Positions 60,393 through 64,000 of a stretch of DNA of 64,000 bases are shown here, one piece after another. The position numbers were made by a program, and so were the translations under genes. The notes under the pieces were generated by a model. That model was given only the letters and a program-made list of their open reading frames with translations, did no database searches and was not told the origin of the DNA. The stretch lies in NCBI RefSeq assembly GCF_963921235.1, contig NC_086097.1:204540001-204604000 (forward strand), read 5' to 3'. Position 1 is the stretch's first letter. Each line of letters starts with the position of its first letter. The stretch comes from Mobula hypostoma. Taxonomy: Eukaryota.

Positions 60393-63300
60393 AATGGTTG
60401 GGGGGTGGGAATCAAATTAAAGCGGCTAGGTGTGAGGAGGTTAGTTCACAACAGAGGGATGGGAACCAGTGCAGAGAGACAGAGGGGTGTAAAGTGAGCG
60501 TAGAAGCAAAAAGTACAAAGGGGAAAAGTAAAAGTGGCAGGCCGACAAATCCAGGGCAAGCATTAAAAAGGGCTAAGAGAGTTGTAAAAGAGTGCCTGAA
60601 GGCTTTATGTGTCAATGCAAGGAGCATTCGTAATAAGGTGGATGAATTGAAAGTGCAGATTGTTATTAATGATTATGATATAGTTGGGATCACAGAGACA
60701 TGGCTCCAGGGTGACCAGGGATGGGAGCTCAACGTTCAGGGATATTCAATATTCAGGAGGGATAGACATGAAGGAAGGGGAGGTGGGGTGGCGTTGCTGG
60801 TTAAAAAAGAGATTAACGCAATAGAAAGGAAGGACATAAGCCGGGAAGATGTGGAATCGATATGGGTAGAGCTGCGTAACACTAAGGGGCAGAAGACGCT
60901 GGTGGGAGTTGTGTACAGGCCACCTAACAGTAGTAGTGAGGTCGGAGATGGTATTAAACAGGAAATTAGAAATGTGTGCAATAAAGGAACAGCAGTTATA
61001 ATGGGTGACTTCAATCTACATGTAGACTGGGTGAACCAAATTGGTAAAGGTGCTGAGGAAGAGGATTTCTTGGAATGTATGCGAGATGGTTTTTTGAACC
61101 AACATGTCAAGGAACCGACTAGAGAGCAGGCTATTCTGGACTGGGTTTTGAGCAATGAGGAAGGGTTAATTAGCGATCTTGTCGTGAGAGGCCCCTTGGG
61201 TAAGAGTGACCATAATATGGTGGAATTCTTCATTAACATGGAGAGTGACGTAGTTAATTCAGAAACAAAGGTTCTGAACTTAAAGAGGGGTAACTTTGAA
61301 GGTATGAGACATGAATTAGCTAAGATAGACTGGCAAATGACACTTCAAGGATTGACGGTGGATATGCAATGGCAGGCATTTAAAGGTTGCATGGATGAAC
61401 TACAACAATTGTTCATCCCAGTTTGGCAAAAGAATAAATCAAGGAAGGTAGTGCACCCGTGGCTGACAAGAGAAATTAGGGATAGTATCAATTCCAAAGA
61501 AGTAGCATACAAATTAGCCAGAGAAAGTGGCTCACCTGAGGACTGGGAGAAATTCAGAGTTCAGCAGAGGAGGACAAAGGGCTTAATTAGGAAGGGGAAA
61601 AAAGATTATGAGAGAAAACTGGCAGAGAACATAAAAATGGACTGTAAAAGCTTTTATAGATATGTAAAAAGGAAAAGACTGATAAAGACAAATGTAGGTC
61701 CCCTGCAAACAGAAACAGGTGAATTGATTATGGGGAGCAAGGACATGGCAGACCAATTGAATAATTACTTTGGTTCTGTCTTCACTAAGGAGGACATAAA
61801 TAATCTTCCAGAAATAGTAAGGGACAGAGGGTCCAGTGAGATGGAGGAACTGAGCGAAATACATGTTAGTAGGGAAGTGGTGTTAGGTAAATTGAAGGGA
61901 TTGAAGGCAGATAAATCCCCAGGGCCAGATGGTCTGCATCCCAGAGTGCTTAAGGAAGTGGCCCAAGAAATAGTGGATGCATTAGTGATAATTTTTCAAA
62001 ACTCGTTAGATTCTGGACTAGTTCCTGAGGATTGGAGGGTGGCTAATGTAACCCCACTTTTTAAAAAAGGAGGGAGAGAGAAACCGGGGAATTATAGGCC
62101 GGTTAGCCTAACGTCGGTGGTGGGGAAACTGCTGGAGTCAGTTATCAAGGATGTGATAACAGCACATTTGGAAAGCGGTGAAATGATCGGACAAAGTCAG
62201 CATGGATTTGTGAAAGGAAAATCATGTCTGACGAATCTCATAGAATTTTTTGAGGATGTAACTAGTAGAGTGGATAGGGGAGAACCAGTGGATGTGGTAT
62301 ATTTGGATTTTCAAAAGGCTTTTGACAAGGTCCCACATAGGAGATTAGTGTGCAAACTTAAAGCACACGGTATTGGGGGTAAGGTATTGGTGTGGGTGGA
62401 GAATTGGTTAGCAGACAGGAAGCAAAGAGTGGGAATAAACGGGACCTTTTCAGAATGGCAGGCGGTGACTAGTGGGGTACCGCAAGGCTCAGTGCTGGGA
62501 CCCCAGTTGTTTACAATATATATTAATGACTTGGATGAGGGAATTAAATGCAGCATCTCCAAGTTTGCGGATGACACGAAGCTGGGTGGCAGTGTTAGCA
62601 GTGAGGAGGATGCTAAGAGGATGCAGGGTGACTTGGATAGGTTGGGTGAGTGGGCAAACTCATGGCAGATGCAATTTAATGTGGATAAATGTGAAGTTAT
62701 CCACTTTGGTGGCAAAAATAGGAAAACAGATTATTATCTGAATGGTGGCCGATTAGGAAAAGGGGAGGTGCAACGAGACCTGGGTGTCATTATACACCAG
62801 TCATTGAAAGTGGGTATGCAGGTACAGCAGGCGGTGAAAAAGGCGAACGGTATGCTGGCATTTATAGCGAGAGGATTCGAGTACAGGAGCAGGGAGGTAC
62901 TACTGCAGTTGTACAAGGCCTTGGTGAGACCACACCTGGAGTATTGTGTGCAGTTTTGGTCCCCTAATCTGAGGAAAGACATCTTTGCCATAGAGGGAGT
63001 ACAAAGAAGGTTCACCAGATTGATTCCTGGGATGGCAGGTCTTTCATATGAAGAAAGACTGGATGAACTGGGCTTGTACTCGTTGGAATTTAGAAGATTG
63101 AGGGGGGATCTGATTGAAACGTATAAGATCCTAAAGGGATTGGACAGGCTAGATGCAGGAAGATTGTTCCCGATGTTGGGGAGGTCTAGAACGAGGGGTC
63201 ACAGTTTGAGGATAGAGGGGAAGCCTTTTAGGACCGAGGTTAGGAAAAACTTCTTCACACAGAGAGTGGTGAATCTGTGGAATTCTCTGCCACAGCAAAC

Positions 63301-63397
63301 TGTTGAGGCCAGTTCATTAGCTATGTTTAAAAGGAAGTTAGATATGGCCCTTGTGGCTACAGGGGTCAGGGGGTATGGAGGGAAGGCTGGGTTCTGA
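60389..63397 (+). CDS. CR1 ORF2 protein (APE endonuclease + reverse transcriptase), no AUG before the APE domain
   Basis: 999-aa open frame (the track start is TTG); NARS, ITETW, YRPP, GDFN, SDH; KAFD, QGSVLGP, FADD; first AUG at 61001. Confidence 0.95.
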   Translation, partial: LEWLGGGNQIKAARCEEVSSQQRDGNQCRETEGCKVSVEAKSTKGKSKSGRPTNPGQALKRAKRVVKECLKALCVNARSIRNKVDELKVQIVINDYDIVGITETWLQGDQGWELNVQGYSIFRRDRHEGRGGGVALLVKKEINAIERKDISREDVESIWVELRNTKGQKTLVGVVYRPPNSSSEVGDGIKQEIRNVCNKGTAVIMGDFNLHVDWVNQIGKGAEEEDFLECMRDGFLNQHVKEPTREQAILDWVLSNEEGLISDLVVRGPLGKSDHNMVEFFINMESDVVNSETKVLNLKRGNFEGMRHELAKIDWQMTLQGLTVDMQWQAFKGCMDELQQLFIPVWQKNKSRKVVHPWLTREIRDSINSKEVAYKLARESGSPEDWEKFRVQQRRTKGLIRKGKKDYERKLAENIKMDCKSFYRYVKRKRLIKTNVGPLQTETGELIMGSKDMADQLNNYFGSVFTKEDINNLPEIVRDRGSSEMEELSEIHVSREVVLGKLKGLKADKSPGPDGLHPRVLKEVAQEIVDALVIIFQNSLDSGLVPEDWRVANVTPLFKKGGREKPGNYRPVSLTSVVGKLLESVIKDVITAHLESGEMIGQSQHGFVKGKSCLTNLIEFFEDVTSRVDRGEPVDVVYLDFQKAFDKVPHRRLVCKLKAHGIGGKVLVWVENWLADRKQRVGINGTFSEWQAVTSGVPQGSVLGPQLFTIYINDLDEGIKCSISKFADDTKLGGSVSSEEDAKRMQGDLDRLGEWANSWQMQFNVDKCEVIHFGGKNRKTDYYLNGGRLGKGEVQRDLGVIIHQSLKVGMQVQQAVKKANGMLAFIARGFEYRSREVLLQLYKALVRPHLEYCVQFWSPNLRKDIFAIEGVQRRFTRLIPGMAGLSYEERLDELGLYSLEFRRLRGDLIETYKILKGLDRLDAGRLFPMLGRSRTRGHSLRIEGKPFRTEVRKNFFTQRVVNLWNSLPQQTVEASSLAMFKRKLDMALVATGVRGYGGKAGF

Positions 63398-64000
63398 GTT
63401 GGATGATCAGCCATGATCATAATAAATGGCGGTGCAGGCTCGAAGGGCCGAATGGCCTACTCCTGCACCTATTTTCTATGTTTCTATGTTTCTATGTTTC
63501 TATAATATGATTGAATTCATACTGCAGGCTGAGAGGAAGTCAGATGTGTTCGTATCACAGTGCAATAAAAGGAATTACAGAGGCATGAGAGAGGACCTTG
63601 CCCGGGTGGATTGGAGGAGGATACTGGCGGGGATGACAGCAAAGCAGAGGTGGCTGAAGTTTCTGGAAATAGTTCACAGGCTACAGGACAGGTATGTCCC
63701 ACAGAGGAAGAAGTTCTCAAATCGCAGGGCTAGGCATCAGTGGATGACAAGGGAAGTTAAAGACTGCATAAAAGCCAAGGAAAGGGCATATAATATAACA
63801 AAAGTGAGTGGGAAGTTGAATAATTGGGAAGCTTTTAAAAGGCAACTAAAATAGCTAGAAGAAGGGAAAAGATAAAATATGAAGCAGGATAATATAAAGC
63901 AGGATACTAAATGTTTTCTCAGTTATGAGTAAAAGGGAGGTGAGAGTTGATATTGGACTACTGGAAAGTGATGCTGGTGAGGTAGTAATGGGGGACAAAG

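Larger units (their letters stand above)
58631..63502 (+). mobile_element. Full-length, apparently intact CR1 LINE
   Basis: Tandem 5' monomers, open ORF1 and ORF2, 3' stem (ggctcgaagggcc) and (ttctatgt)n tail. Confidence 0.97.
58095..64000 (+). mobile_element. Older CR1 ORF2 split by the intact CR1 (pieces 58095-58633 and 63503-64000)
   Basis: ITESWL, YRPPNS; the GDSD|YNMIEF motif (equivalent to GSDHNMIEF) is interrupted exactly at the insertion. Confidence 0.88.

Noticed and set aside
60394..60420. AUG right after the ORF1 stop as the ORF2 start (reinitiation)
   Set aside because: It is in a different frame from ORF2, terminates after 8 codons, and is absent from the 47250 copy
60736..63420. 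Antisense ORFs within CR1 ORF2
   Set aside because: Shadow ORFs recurring opposite all CR1 copies; no independent evidence

Overview
Eukaryotic, repeat-dense vertebrate DNA. The repeat repertoire suggests a cartilaginous fish, probably a ray; this is an inference. No host protein-coding gene is recognisable, and most of the window is nested transposable elements. It holds many CR1 LINEs, including one apparently intact full-length copy (~58631-63502) with a tandem ~173-bp monomer 5'UTR. It also holds a BEL/Pao LTR element with both LTRs, three Gypsy elements (one with a PNMA-like gag), Rex1/Babar LINE fragments, a DD34E Tc1 transposon, a palindromic mariner MITE, an L1 3' end with a twin-priming inversion, and at least two Penelope-like (PLE) families carrying minimal hammerhead-ribozyme motifs. 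The most notable observations are three. (1) A T_TTA_AAC slippery heptamer sits directly before the CR1 ORF1 stop, with an ORF2 in the -1 frame that has no AUG upstream of its endonuclease domain; this is seen in two divergent subfamilies and suggests programmed -1 frameshifting. (2) The intact CR1 has a monomeric CpG-rich promoter array. (3) There is a ~1-kb near-perfect PLE palindrome with a hammerhead on each strand, plus a family of tiny TSD-flanked hairpin/hammerhead retro-inserts. All calls come from reading motifs by eye, and boundaries of degraded elements are approximate.
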